Shown here: positions 28,679 through 38,325 of the stretch, piece by piece
Layout of the letters: the number at the start of each line of letters is the position of its first letter
How positions within the stretch are numbered: position 1 is the first letter of the stretch
NCBI GenBank assembly: GCA_036276095.1
Contig: DASUCK010000074.1
Coordinates: 1 to 61,951, forward strand
Direction of reading: 5' to 3'
DNA length: 61,951 nt
Origin: Nonomuraea sp.
GTDB taxonomy: Bacteria; Actinomycetota; Actinomycetes; Streptosporangiales; Streptosporangiaceae
Program-made: the position numbers and the translations under genes
Notes under the pieces: model-generated
What the model was told of the DNA's origin: nothing
Seen by the model: the letters and a program-made list of their open reading frames with translations, nothing else
Database searches by the model: none

Positions 28679-30244
28679 TCAGACGTCGCCGACCTTCACC
28701 GAGACCGGCTTGCTCTCGTTGTGGTGCCGGTCGAGAGCGGTGATCAGGTAGGTGCCCGGCGCGCCGGCCTTGAAGGACGGGCTGGTGACCACGTCGACCA
28801 GGTTGCGGGCGTCGGCGGACTGGCAGTGCTTGCCGGACTTCGGCACGCGGTAGACCGCGTAGGCCCGCGCCCCCTCGGACGCCGCCCACGACACCGTCGT
28901 GCCCGCGGCCTTGGCGCCCTCGGGCGCCGCCGGGGCCTGGCCGCCGCGCTCCTTCACGAGGGGCAGCAGCGCCGGACGGCCGTAATGGTCTTTCGCGACC
29001 CGGTCGATCGCGCCCAGCGGGTTGGTGAGCAGCTGCTTGGCGCTGAAGTAGACCGCGCCGTCGATCTGCTTCCGCCTGCGGTTGAGCGCCACCTGCGCCG
29101 ACAGCTCGCCCGGCTTGGTCCAGGCCCGGTCGTCGGTGGCGCCGACCCGGTAGAGGCCCTGCCCGATGTACAGCTGCACGTCGGTGCCCTTGACGGCCTC
29201 GGCCCACCAGGGCGCGAGCACGGCGTAGTCGGCGGCGTTGTGGCCGCGCGGCCAGTAGAGCTGCGGCATCACGTAGTCGACGGTGCCGGACTTGATCCAC
29301 GCCTTGGCGTCGGCGTAGATGGAGTCGTACGCGGACATGCCGGTCGTGTCGGAGCCGGACGGGTCGTTCGACTTGTTACGCCAGATGCCGAACGGGCTGA
29401 TGCCGAACTTGACGTGGTTCTTCCGCTCGTGGATGGCCTTGTCGACCTGGGCGATGAGCGTGTTGACGTTGTCGCGCCGCCATTCGGCCAGCGCCTTGCC
29501 CTTGCCGTGTTTGGCGTGGGCGGCCTTGTCGTTGAACTGCCCGCCTTCGCCCGGGTAGGGGTAGAAGTAGTCGTCGAAGTGCACGCCGTCGATGTCGTAG
29601 CGGTCGACGACGTCGGTGATGACCTTGGTGACGTGCCGGCGCACCTGCGGCAGGCCCGGGTTGTAGTAGACCTGGTCGCCGTACTTGACGGTCCAGTCGG
29701 GGTGCCGGCGGGCCGGATGGTTGGCGGGCAGGCCGCGCACGCTGCCGTCGTAGGAGGCGCGGTAGGGGTTGAACCAGGCGTGGAACTCCAGGCCGCGCTT
29801 GTGCGCCTCGTCGATGAGGTACGGCAGCGGGTCCCATCCCGGGTCTTTGCCCGCGGTGCCGGTCAGGAAGCGCGACCAGGGCTCGATCGACGACTTGTAG
29901 AGCGCGTCGGAGGCGGGTCGCACCTGCACGAACACCGCGTTGAAGGTGCGCTTGGCGGCGGCGTCGAGGATCTTGGTGTATTCGGCCTTCTGCCGCTCGA
30001 CCGGCAACCCCGTGCGGGACGGCCAGTCGATGTTCTTCACGGTGGCGATCCAGACGCCCCGGAGCTCGCGCTTCGGATGACGGGCGTCGGGCTTGCAGGC
30101 GGCCACGGGGACGGCGGCGGTGGTCGTCTTCTTCTCGCTCGCCGCGGTGCTCTCCTTCGTCGCACCGGGACCGAACGCGTACGCGGCGGTCGTGGTGGCG
30201 ACGGCGAGGGCCGCGGCGGCTAGGAGTGGGCGTCCAGTTCGCAT
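28679..30244 (-). CDS. Secreted GH10-like (DUF187/YngK-type) glycoside hydrolase
   Basis: Signal peptide; RGVWIATV.NIDWPS, QVRP, HAWFNPYR, DGVHFDDYFYPY, FGISPFGIW and PQLYW. Confidence 0.9.
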   Translation of the reverse strand: MRTGRPLLAAAALAVATTTAAYAFGPGATKESTAASEKKTTTAAVPVAACKPDARHPKRELRGVWIATVKNIDWPSRTGLPVERQKAEYTKILDAAAKRTFNAVFVQVRPASDALYKSSIEPWSRFLTGTAGKDPGWDPLPYLIDEAHKRGLEFHAWFNPYRASYDGSVRGLPANHPARRHPDWTVKYGDQVYYNPGLPQVRRHVTKVITDVVDRYDIDGVHFDDYFYPYPGEGGQFNDKAAHAKHGKGKALAEWRRDNVNTLIAQVDKAIHERKNHVKFGISPFGIWRNKSNDPSGSDTTGMSAYDSIYADAKAWIKSGTVDYVMPQLYWPRGHNAADYAVLAPWWAEAVKGTDVQLYIGQGLYRVGATDDRAWTKPGELSAQVALNRRRKQIDGAVYFSAKQLLTNPLGAIDRVAKDHYGRPALLPLVKERGGQAPAAPEGAKAAGTTVSWAASEGARAYAVYRVPKSGKHCQSADARNLVDVVTSPSFKAGAPGTYLITALDRHHNESKPVSVKVGDV

Positions 30245-30405
30245 AATGCCACCCAGTGTGACAGCTTCCCCCGGGTGGTCGGTACGGAAACCGCAACAAA
30301 GACGTGATCATTTTGTTACTTCTGTGACCTTTGGGCCGGGAGGGACGCACATTCCCTCCCGGCTCCGCAGCACGTCAGCGGCCTGCCGGGCGCGCCCCCG
30401 GCCGC

Positions 30406-32544
30406 TCAGTCCGCCGCGGCGACCTTGCTCGCGAGGTTCGGCGGCAGCGGTTCGTACCGCAGGAACGAGCGCGTGAACGTGCCCGTGCCGTGTGACATGG
30501 ATCTCAGGTCGATGGCGTACCGCGTGATCTCCAGCTCCGGCACCTCGGCCTTGACCAGCGTACGGCCGGTGCCGACCGGCTCGGTGCCGAGCACCCGCCC
30601 GCGCCGCGACGACAGGTCGGACATCACCGACCCGACGTAGTCGTCGGCGACCAGGACCGAGATCTCGTCCACCGGCTCCAGCAGCAGGGTCGGGACCTTC
30701 GTGGCCGCCTCCTTCAGCGCCAGCTGGCCGGCGATCTGGAAGGCCATGTCGGAGGAGTCGACCGAGTGGGCCTTGCCGTCGTACAGCGTGACGCGCACGT
30801 CGACAACCGGGTAGCCGGCGACCACGCCCCGCTCCATCTGCGCGCGCACGCCCTTCTCCACCGACGGGATGAACTGCCGGGGCACGACGCCGCCCACGAT
30901 CTTGTCCACGAACTCGAACCCGGCCCCGGAGGGCAGCGGCTCCACCTCCAGGTGGCAGATCGCGTACTGGCCGTGGCCGCCGGTCTGCTTGACGTTGCGG
31001 CCCATCGCCTGGCACTTGCCGCCGAACGTCTCGCGCAGCGGCACGCGCAGCTCGATCCGCTCCACCTCGACGCCGTGGCGCTTGGACAGCCGGTCGAGCA
31101 GGACGTCGGTGTGGGCCTCGCCCATGCACCAGAGCACGAGCTGGCGGGTCTCGGCGTTGTTCTCCAGCCGCAGGGTCGGATCCTCGGCCACCAGGCGGCC
31201 GAGCGCCTGCGACAGTTTGTCCTCGTCGGCCTTGGACCTGGCCCTGATCGCGACGGGAAGCAGCGGCTCGGGCATGGTCCAGGCGGTCATCAGCAACGGG
31301 CGCTCCACCTCCGACAGCGTGTCGCCGGTCTCGGCCCGCGACAGCTTGGCCACCGCCACGATGTCGCCCGCCACGCCCTTGGCGATCGGCCGCTGCTGCT
31401 TGCCCAGCGGGCAGGTCAGGGTGCCGATGCGCTCGTCGACGTCGTGGTCCTCGTGGCCGCGGTCGGCCAGGCCGTGCCCGGACACGTGCACGGTCATGTC
31501 GGGACGCAGCGTGCCGGAAAAGACGCGGACGAGGCTGATGCGGCCGACGTACGGGTCGCTGGTGGTCTTGACGACCTCGGCCACCAGGGGGCCGTCTGGG
31601 TCGCAGGTGATGCCGTCGACCGGCTTGCCGGACAGGTCGGTGATCTCCGGCATGGTGTGTTCGAGAGGGGAGGGAAAGCCCTGGGTGACGACTTCCAGGA
31701 CCTCGTGCGCGCCGACGCCCATGCCGCTGCACAGCACGGGGTAGAAGCTGCCGCGGGCGACGGCCTTCTCCAGGTCGTCGACCAGCACCTTGACGTCGAT
31801 CGGCTCGCCCTCGAGGTACCTCTCCATGAGCGTCTCGTCTTCGCTCTCCTGGATGATGCCCTCGATCAGGGTGCCGCGGTGCTCCTCGATCTGCCCCTCG
31901 TACTGCGCGCCGGGGTCGTTCTCGGTGCGCTGGCCGGTGGCGTAGTTGTAGAACTTCTGGGTGAGCAGGCCGATCAGCCCGTTGACGTGCCCGTTGGTGA
32001 TCACCGGCAGGTAGAGGGGGGCCACGCCGTCGCCGAAGACCTCCTGGCACCTGGCCAGCACCTCGTCGAAGTCGGCCCGCTGGTGGTCGATCTTGGTGAT
32101 CACGACCGCCCGCGGCATGCCGACCTGCGCGCACTCCTCCCAGAGCATCTGGGTGAGGCCGTCGACCCCGTCGGACGCCGACACCACGAACAGCGCGGCG
32201 TCGGCCGCCCGCAGCCCGGCCCTGAGGTCGCCCACGAAGTCGGCGTAGCCGGGGGTGTCGAGCAGATTGATCTTGATTCCGTTGTGCACCAGCGGCGCGA
32301 CGGCCAGGTTGACCGACCGTTGCTGCCGCACCTCGACCTCGTCGAAGTCGCTGACCGTGTTGCCGTCCTCCACCCGTCCCGGGCGCTGGATGGTGCCCGT
32401 GGCGGCCAGCAGCTGTTCGACGAGTGTCGTCTTACCCGCTCCTGAGTGGCCGACCAGCACGACATTGCGTATCGCATCCGCCCTGTCGGCCGCGGGTGCC
32501 CTGCCCGCGGCTCCCGCGGCCCCGCCGGTGTTCCTTTCCGCCAC
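30406..32544 (-). CDS. Elongation factor G-like protein (EF-G2 paralogue)
   Basis: GHSGAGKTT, DTPG, TKID, GEAH, KQTGGHGQY and HSVDSS; RBS ggaggag before GTG 32544. Confidence 0.95.
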   Translation of the reverse strand: MAERNTGGAAGAAGRAPAADRADAIRNVVLVGHSGAGKTTLVEQLLAATGTIQRPGRVEDGNTVSDFDEVEVRQQRSVNLAVAPLVHNGIKINLLDTPGYADFVGDLRAGLRAADAALFVVSASDGVDGLTQMLWEECAQVGMPRAVVITKIDHQRADFDEVLARCQEVFGDGVAPLYLPVITNGHVNGLIGLLTQKFYNYATGQRTENDPGAQYEGQIEEHRGTLIEGIIQESEDETLMERYLEGEPIDVKVLVDDLEKAVARGSFYPVLCSGMGVGAHEVLEVVTQGFPSPLEHTMPEITDLSGKPVDGITCDPDGPLVAEVVKTTSDPYVGRISLVRVFSGTLRPDMTVHVSGHGLADRGHEDHDVDERIGTLTCPLGKQQRPIAKGVAGDIVAVAKLSRAETGDTLSEVERPLLMTAWTMPEPLLPVAIRARSKADEDKLSQALGRLVAEDPTLRLENNAETRQLVLWCMGEAHTDVLLDRLSKRHGVEVERIELRVPLRETFGGKCQAMGRNVKQTGGHGQYAICHLEVEPLPSGAGFEFVDKIVGGVVPRQFIPSVEKGVRAQMERGVVAGYPVVDVRVTLYDGKAHSVDSSDMAFQIAGQLALKEAATKVPTLLLEPVDEISVLVADDYVGSVMSDLSSRRGRVLGTEPVGTGRTLVKAEVPELEITRYAIDLRSMSHGTGTFTRSFLRYEPLPPNLASKVAAAD

Positions 32545-32805
32545 ATCTCCTCCAGCTGGCTCTCTGCCCCACGGTCGTGGGGCGCCTGTGGAGCAACCGC
32601 TCGTCGGTCCAGGCAGCGGCGCTCCCTGTTCTCTTGCCCCACTCCGTGAGGCGGCTCGGTCGGTCGTGCCAACGCGCGCCCGCGCGGAAGATGACGGAAA
32701 CCGCATGGACGCGGTGTGTTCACCAAATACCCCTGTGGCGGATATCACAAGGGGGGTGGGGCAAAGAAAGTGGTCAGGCTCTCGATGGCCTACGATCGGA
32801 CGGCG

Positions 32806-33408
32806 ATGCTCAAACTCCTGCGCCCGGCCATGACCCGGATACTCACCCCGCTGGGCAGGGCCCTCGTGGGCCGCGGAATCGGCCCGAACGCCGTCACGGC
32901 GATCGGCACCCTCGGCACCGTCGTGTCGGCCCTGACCTTCTTCCCGCTCGGGCAGCTCACCTGGGGCGCCCTCGTGATCACCGTCTTCGTGCTGTTCGAC
33001 CTGCTCGACGGCGTGGTGGCCAGGCTCGGCGGGAAGGGGGGCAGCGCCTGGGGGGCGTTCCTCGACTCGACGCTCGACCGGGTGGCCGACGCCGCCATCT
33101 TCGCCGGCCTGATCTTGTATTTCGTCGCCGGAGGCGACACGCTGATGGCCTCGGTGACGCTGGTGTGCCTGATCGCCGGCGCCCTGGTCTCCTACGCCAA
33201 GGCCAGGGCCGAGGGGCTCGGGCTCACGGCCGACGTCGGGCTGGCCGAGCGGCCGGAGCGACTGGTCGTGGCGCTGGTCGCGACCTGCCTCTCCGGGCTG
33301 GGCGTACCGTACATCCTGCCCGTGGGGATGTGGCTGCTCGCGGCGGCCAGCGTGATCACCGTGGGGCAGCGCGTCAAGCACGTGTACGACCAGACGAGGG
33401 AGAGATGA
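32806..33408 (+). CDS. pgsA: Phosphatidylinositol phosphate synthase (CDP-alcohol phosphatidyltransferase)
   Basis: DLLDGVVAR...GAFLDSTLDRVAD; first gene of the PIM operon. Confidence 0.93.
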   Translation: MLKLLRPAMTRILTPLGRALVGRGIGPNAVTAIGTLGTVVSALTFFPLGQLTWGALVITVFVLFDLLDGVVARLGGKGGSAWGAFLDSTLDRVADAAIFAGLILYFVAGGDTLMASVTLVCLIAGALVSYAKARAEGLGLTADVGLAERPERLVVALVATCLSGLGVPYILPVGMWLLAAASVITVGQRVKHVYDQTRER

Positions 33409-34328
33409 GCGAGAAGGTGTCGTTCGGCGACCGGGTCGTGGCGGCGGGCTTCGCGGCCGGCTGGAAGATCGTGCCGCTGCTGCCCCTGCGCCCCACCGCG
33501 GCGGTCTTCCGGTTCCTGGCCGACCGGGTGTGGGCCAGGCGCGGCGGGTCGGTGCGCCGGCTGGAGTCGAACCTGGCCAGGGTGACCGGCCTCGACCCCG
33601 ACGCGGCCGACCTGCGCGAGCTGAGCAGGGCGGGCATGCGCTCCTACTTCCGCTACTTCCACGAGATCTTCCGGCTGCCGGCCATGGACGGCGCCGAGAT
33701 CGTGCGCCGCACCCACGTGATCGGCGCCGAGCACGTTCACGACACCGTGGCCGCCGGGCGCGGCGTGGTGCTGGCGCTGCCGCACATGGGCAACTGGGAC
33801 CAAGCCGGCGCCTGGCTGGTCAACGTGGGCCATCCGTTCACCACCGTGGCCGAGCGGCTGAAGCCGGAGTCGCTGTTCCGCCGCTACGTCGCCTTCCGCG
33901 AGGCCCTCGGCATGGAGGTGCTGCCGCTGACCGGCGGCGACGGCCACACCTTCGCCACCCTGGCCATGCGCGTGCGCAAGGGCGGCGTGGTCTGCCTGCC
34001 CGCCGAGCGCGACCTGACGAAGAACGGCGTCGAGGTGCGCTTCTTCGGCGCCACGACCAAGGTGCCGGCCGGGCCGCCGCTGCTGGCCGTGCAGACCGGG
34101 GCCGCGCTGCTGCCGGCCGTCGTCTACTTCGTCGGCGACGACTGGGGCATCCACATCCACGAGGAGGTCCCGGTCCCGCAGGAGGGCACCAGGCAGGAGA
34201 AGGTGGCGGCGCTGGCGCAGCGGCTGGCCGACGTGTTCGAGAAGGGCATCTCCGATCATCCTGAGGACTGGCACATGCTGCAGCGGCTCTGGCTGGACGA
34301 TCTGAGGCCCCCGAGGGTCGGTCCATGA
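33405..34328 (+). CDS. patA: Phosphatidylinositol mannoside acyltransferase
   Basis: LPHMGNWD, AERLKPE and PEDWHMLQ; ATGA overlap with pgsA. Confidence 0.92.
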   Translation: MSEKVSFGDRVVAAGFAAGWKIVPLLPLRPTAAVFRFLADRVWARRGGSVRRLESNLARVTGLDPDAADLRELSRAGMRSYFRYFHEIFRLPAMDGAEIVRRTHVIGAEHVHDTVAAGRGVVLALPHMGNWDQAGAWLVNVGHPFTTVAERLKPESLFRRYVAFREALGMEVLPLTGGDGHTFATLAMRVRKGGVVCLPAERDLTKNGVEVRFFGATTKVPAGPPLLAVQTGAALLPAVVYFVGDDWGIHIHEEVPVPQEGTRQEKVAALAQRLADVFEKGISDHPEDWHMLQRLWLDDLRPPRVGP

Positions 34329-35455
34329 GGGTCGGCATCGTCTGTCCCTATTCGTGGGACGTGCCCGGCGGCGTCAAGCAGCACATCGACGACCTGGCGC
34401 AGGCGCTCATGGCGCAGGGGCACGAGGTGTCGGTCATCGCGCCGGCGGCCGACGACGACGAGCTCCCGCCGTACGTGACGGGGGCCGGGCGGGCCGTGCC
34501 GGTGCCGTACAACGGGTCGGTGGCCCGGATGTCGTTCGGGTTCCTGTCGGCGGCGCGGGTGCGGCGCTGGGTGCGCACCGGCGGCTTCGACGTGCTCCAC
34601 ATCCACGAGCCGCTGATCCCGAGCCTGGGCGTGCTGGCCTGCTGGGCGGCCAAGGGGCCGATCGTGGCCACGTTCCACGCCTCGTTCCAGCGCTCGCGGG
34701 CGATCGCGGTGGCCGAGCCGCTGCTGCGCAGCGCGCTGGAGAAGCTCAGCGGCCGCATCGCGGTCTCCGACGCCGCCCGCAAGAGCCTGGTGGAGCAGTT
34801 CGGCGGCGACACGGTGCTCATCCCCAACGGCGTGACCGTCGCCCGCTACACCGGCGCCGAGCCGCTGGAGGGCTGGGGCCCCGACGGCGCCACCCTCGGC
34901 TTCCTCGGGCGCATGGACGAAGAGCGCAAGGGCCTGCCGATCCTGCTGGAGGCGTTCGGCCGGCTGGCGGGGGAGCGGCCCGCCCTGAGGCTGCTCGTCG
35001 CCGGCCCCGGCGACGCGAAAGACGTCTACGACCGGGTGCCGAGGGCCTACCACGACCGGGTGACGGTGCTCGGCATGGTCAGCGAGGCCGACAAGATCCG
35101 CGCCTACCACTCAGTCGACGTGTTCTGCGCGCCCAACACCCGCGGCGAGAGTTTCGGCATCGTGCTGGCAGAGGCCATGGCCTCCGGCGCCACGGTGCTG
35201 GCCAGCGACATCCCGGCCTTCCGCAAGGTGCTGGGCGACGGCCAGGCGGGCGCGCTGTTCGCCAACGGCGACGCGGGCTCGCTGGCACGCGAGGCGGCGG
35301 CCCTGCTGGACGCGCCCGAGCGGCGGGCCAAGCTGGCCGCCGAGGCGCTGGTCGCGGTCAGGAAGTACGACTGGTCCACGGTGGCCCGCGACGTCGTGCG
35401 CGTCTACGAGACCGTCACGACCAGCGGAACGGGGCGGGTGGAGGAAGACCTGTGA
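34325..35455 (+). CDS. pimA: GT4 phosphatidyl-myo-inositol mannosyltransferase
   Basis: MRVGIVCPYSWDVPGGV, HIHEP, GR.DE.RKG and ESFGIVLAEAMA. Confidence 0.95.
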   Translation: MRVGIVCPYSWDVPGGVKQHIDDLAQALMAQGHEVSVIAPAADDDELPPYVTGAGRAVPVPYNGSVARMSFGFLSAARVRRWVRTGGFDVLHIHEPLIPSLGVLACWAAKGPIVATFHASFQRSRAIAVAEPLLRSALEKLSGRIAVSDAARKSLVEQFGGDTVLIPNGVTVARYTGAEPLEGWGPDGATLGFLGRMDEERKGLPILLEAFGRLAGERPALRLLVAGPGDAKDVYDRVPRAYHDRVTVLGMVSEADKIRAYHSVDVFCAPNTRGESFGIVLAEAMASGATVLASDIPAFRKVLGDGQAGALFANGDAGSLAREAAALLDAPERRAKLAAEALVAVRKYDWSTVARDVVRVYETVTTSGTGRVEEDL

Positions 35456-35994
35456 CGTCCACGATGATCGTGCTGATCGTGGGCATCGTGGTGGTGCTCA
35501 TGGCCGTGTACATCTCCTGGCGCGCGGGCCGCCTGGACCGCCTGCACATCCGGCTCGAACTCGCCCGCGAGTCGCTCGACGCCGCGCTGATGCGCCGCCG
35601 CGCGGTGGTGCTCGAACTGGCCGGCTCGCGCCTGCTCGACCCGGCCACGTCGCTGGTGCTGGCCGCGGCCGCCCACGAGGCCAGGATCGCCGGCCCCGAG
35701 GAGCGCGAGCACGCCGAGAGCGACCTGTCGCGGGCGCTGCGGGCGGCGGTCGACCAGGAGCGGTTCAGGGAGAAGCTGTCAGAGCCGCCGGGCGGCCGCG
35801 ACCTGCTGGAAGAGCTGGAGGCGGCGGTGGCCAAGGTGGTCTACTCCCGCCGGTTCTACAACAACGCGGTGGCGGTGACGCGTACGGCGCAGCGCCGCTG
35901 GCTGGCTCGCACTCTCCGCCTGGCCGGTCACACCGAATACCCCCGATTCTTCGAGATCGATGACAATCCGCCCGCGACCATGGCAACCGAATGA
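35452..35994 (+). CDS. Conserved membrane-anchored protein (LemA-like) following pimA
   Basis: N-terminal TM, RLDRLH, RRFYNNAV and LRLAGH; GTGA overlap with pimA. Confidence 0.85.
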   Translation: MTSTMIVLIVGIVVVLMAVYISWRAGRLDRLHIRLELARESLDAALMRRRAVVLELAGSRLLDPATSLVLAAAAHEARIAGPEEREHAESDLSRALRAAVDQERFREKLSEPPGGRDLLEELEAAVAKVVYSRRFYNNAVAVTRTAQRRWLARTLRLAGHTEYPRFFEIDDNPPATMATE

Positions 35995-36056
35995 CCGGGT
36001 TTGGGGAAGCCAGTAAGCTTCATCCCGTTTTCGGGTTGAGGCAAGGAGAGTTACAC

Positions 36057-37067
36057 GTGCGGCTACCCCGGATGATCACGGTTACGCTGGCCGGAGCGAC
36101 CCTCCTGCTGCCGGTCGCGGCTTGCTCCTCGGACGAACCGGCCCCCGGCCAGGCGCCTCAGTCGGCCACGGCGGCGCCGAGCGAGGAGCCCGAGGAGGTC
36201 TCGGCCCACCCGTTCACCGGCAGGCCGTACAGCCAGCTCAAGCCGGTGCTCGCGGTGAAGATCGAGAACACCGCGGCGGGCAAGCCGCAGCTCGGGCTGA
36301 AGAGCGCCGACATCGTCTACATCGAGCAGGTCGAGGCCGGGCTGACCCGGCTCATGGCGATCTTCTCCTCCAAGCTGCCGGCCAAGGTGGGCCCGGTGCG
36401 CAGCGCCCGCATCTCCGACCTGCACATCGCGCCGATGTTCGGCAAGCCCGCGTTCTCGTACTCGGGGGCGCAGACCAAGATGCTGCCGCACATCGCCGAG
36501 GCCTCGCTGTTCGACGTGGGCGACACCCGCAACCCCGGCGCGTACTTCCGCCAGCCGGGCCGCTTCGCCCCCTACAACCTGTTCGCCAACACCAGGCAGC
36601 TGCTGGCCAAGGCGCCGAAGGCGAGCAAGGCCAAGGACATCGGCTTCACCTTCGGCGAGGCGCCGGAGGGCGGGGTGCCGCGCAAGTCGTACACGGTCAG
36701 GTGGCCGGCCGCGCGGTTCACGTTCGCCTGGTCGGAGCCGAAGAAGCAGTGGCTGATCTGGCAGGACGGCAAGAAGGACATGGCCGCCGAGGGCGGGCAG
36801 CTCGGCGCGCCGACGGTCGTCATCCAGTACACGAAGACCGAGCGCTCGGAGTTCCACGACAAGAACGACAGCTACACGCCGCTCGTCCACACCACGGGCA
36901 AGGGCAAGGCGGTCGTCCTGCGCGACGGCAAGGCCTTCCAGGCCACCTGGGAGCGGGAATCGGAGAAGGGCGGTACGACGTTCACCACTGAGACCGGCGA
37001 GCCGATGAACTTCGCGCCGGGGCCGGTCTGGGTGGCCTTGGCCAGCCGCAAGCCCGTGATCCCGTGA
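36057..37067 (+). CDS. DUF3048 family lipoprotein
   Basis: Lipobox VAAC; AVKIEN, ADIVY.E.VE.GLTR, GPVRSAR and APYNL. Confidence 0.88.
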   Translation: MRLPRMITVTLAGATLLLPVAACSSDEPAPGQAPQSATAAPSEEPEEVSAHPFTGRPYSQLKPVLAVKIENTAAGKPQLGLKSADIVYIEQVEAGLTRLMAIFSSKLPAKVGPVRSARISDLHIAPMFGKPAFSYSGAQTKMLPHIAEASLFDVGDTRNPGAYFRQPGRFAPYNLFANTRQLLAKAPKASKAKDIGFTFGEAPEGGVPRKSYTVRWPAARFTFAWSEPKKQWLIWQDGKKDMAAEGGQLGAPTVVIQYTKTERSEFHDKNDSYTPLVHTTGKGKAVVLRDGKAFQATWERESEKGGTTFTTETGEPMNFAPGPVWVALASRKPVIP

Positions 37068-37183
37068 TCGTCCTGTACAACTGGGGCGATAAATCCTGAC
37101 ATCTTGGCATGTCGGATGGGGGACCCATCAGGACCTACCATGGGCTTGATAACTTACCGATCGCCGTTGAGAAGCCCGTGAGG

Positions 37184-38098
37184 ATGACCGTGTCCAGCAG
37201 CACGCCAGAAAGCACCCCCGTCACCGGAACCGCCCGCGTCAAGCGCGGCATGGCCGAGATGCTCAAGGGCGGCGTCATCATGGACGTCGTCACCCCCGAG
37301 CAGGCCAAGATCGCTGAGGACGCCGGCGCGGTCGCCGTCATGGCCCTCGAACGCGTGCCCGCCGACATCCGGGCGCAGGGCGGCGTCTCCAGGATGAGCG
37401 ACCCCGACATGATCGACGGCATCATCGACGCCGTGTCGATCCCCGTGATGGCCAAGGCCCGCATCGGCCACTTCGCCGAGGCCCAGGTGCTGCAGTCGCT
37501 CGGCGTCGACTACATCGACGAGTCGGAGGTGCTCACGCCCGCCGACTACGCCAACCACATCGACAAGTGGCAGTTCACCGTGCCGTTCGTATGCGGCGCC
37601 ACCAACCTGGGCGAGGCCCTGCGCCGCATCACCGAGGGCGCGGCCATGATCCGCTCCAAGGGCGAGGCCGGCACCGGCGACGTCTCCAACGCCGTCACCC
37701 ACATGCGCACCATCCGCGCCGAGCTCAAGCGCCTCGCCTCGCTGCCCGAGGACGAGCTGTACGTCGCCGCCAAGGAGCTGCAGGCGCCGTACGAGCTGGT
37801 CGCCGAGGTCGCCAAGACCGGAAAGCTGCCGGTCGTGCTGTTCACCGCGGGCGGCATCGCCACCCCTGCCGACGCGGCGATGATGATGCAGCTCGGCGCC
37901 GAGGGCGTGTTCGTGGGCTCGGGGATCTTCAAGTCCGGCGACCCGGCCAAGCGCGCCGCCGCCATCGTCAAGGCCACCACCTTCCACGACGACCCCGACG
38001 TCATCGCCAAGGTCTCGCGCGGCCTGGGCGAGGCCATGGTCGGCCTCAACGTCGACGAGATCCCCCAGCCCCACCGCCTGGCCGAGCGCGGCTGGTAG
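37184..38098 (+). CDS. pdxS: Pyridoxal 5'-phosphate synthase lyase subunit
   Basis: [18 protein letters not shown] and [10 protein letters not shown]. Confidence 0.98.
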   Translation: MTVSSSTPESTPVTGTARVKRGMAEMLKGGVIMDVVTPEQAKIAEDAGAVAVMALERVPADIRAQGGVSRMSDPDMIDGIIDAVSIPVMAKARIGHFAEAQVLQSLGVDYIDESEVLTPADYANHIDKWQFTVPFVCGATNLGEALRRITEGAAMIRSKGEAGTGDVSNAVTHMRTIRAELKRLASLPEDELYVAAKELQAPYELVAEVAKTGKLPVVLFTAGGIATPADAAMMMQLGAEGVFVGSGIFKSGDPAKRAAAIVKATTFHDDPDVIAKVSRGLGEAMVGLNVDEIPQPHRLAERGW

Positions 38099-38206
38099 CG
38101 GCCGGACGGGCGCGGCCGCTCGCGCGGCGCGTCGTTGCGGGTCACGGTTCCGCCCCCGTGCGATGATCGCTGAGGGCGGGGGGAGCCACCACACGACGGA
38201 GATTTC

Positions 38207-38243
38207 CGAAAGGGCGACATCCGCGATGGGTGTCGCCTTTTCG
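38207..38243. terminator. Hairpin between pdxS and phoD
   Basis: cgaaagggcgacatcc-gcgat-gggtgtcgccttttcg, with an outer stem ccacacgac (38189-38197) / gtcgtgtgg (38245-38253). Confidence 0.55.
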
Positions 38244-38254
38244 TGTCGTGTGGA

Positions 38255-38276
38255 GTTCACCGCGCGGTCATGCCGC
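38255..38276 (+). promoter_or_regulatory. PHO box (PhoP site), two 11-nt direct repeats
   Basis: GTTCACCGCGC-GGTCATGCCGC upstream of phoD matches the actinomycete G(G/T)TCA 11-nt repeat unit. Confidence 0.65.
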
Positions 38277-38325
38277 TCGGTCAAGCTACGGGCGTTCCGC
38301 CACCCTTGATCGTCCAGGAGCACCC

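Noticed and set aside
30406-33381. 991-aa extended EF-G in the ORF track
   Set aside because: The extension is antisense to pgsA, and the RBS supports GTG 32544. The EF-G2 paralogue itself is known in actinobacteria.
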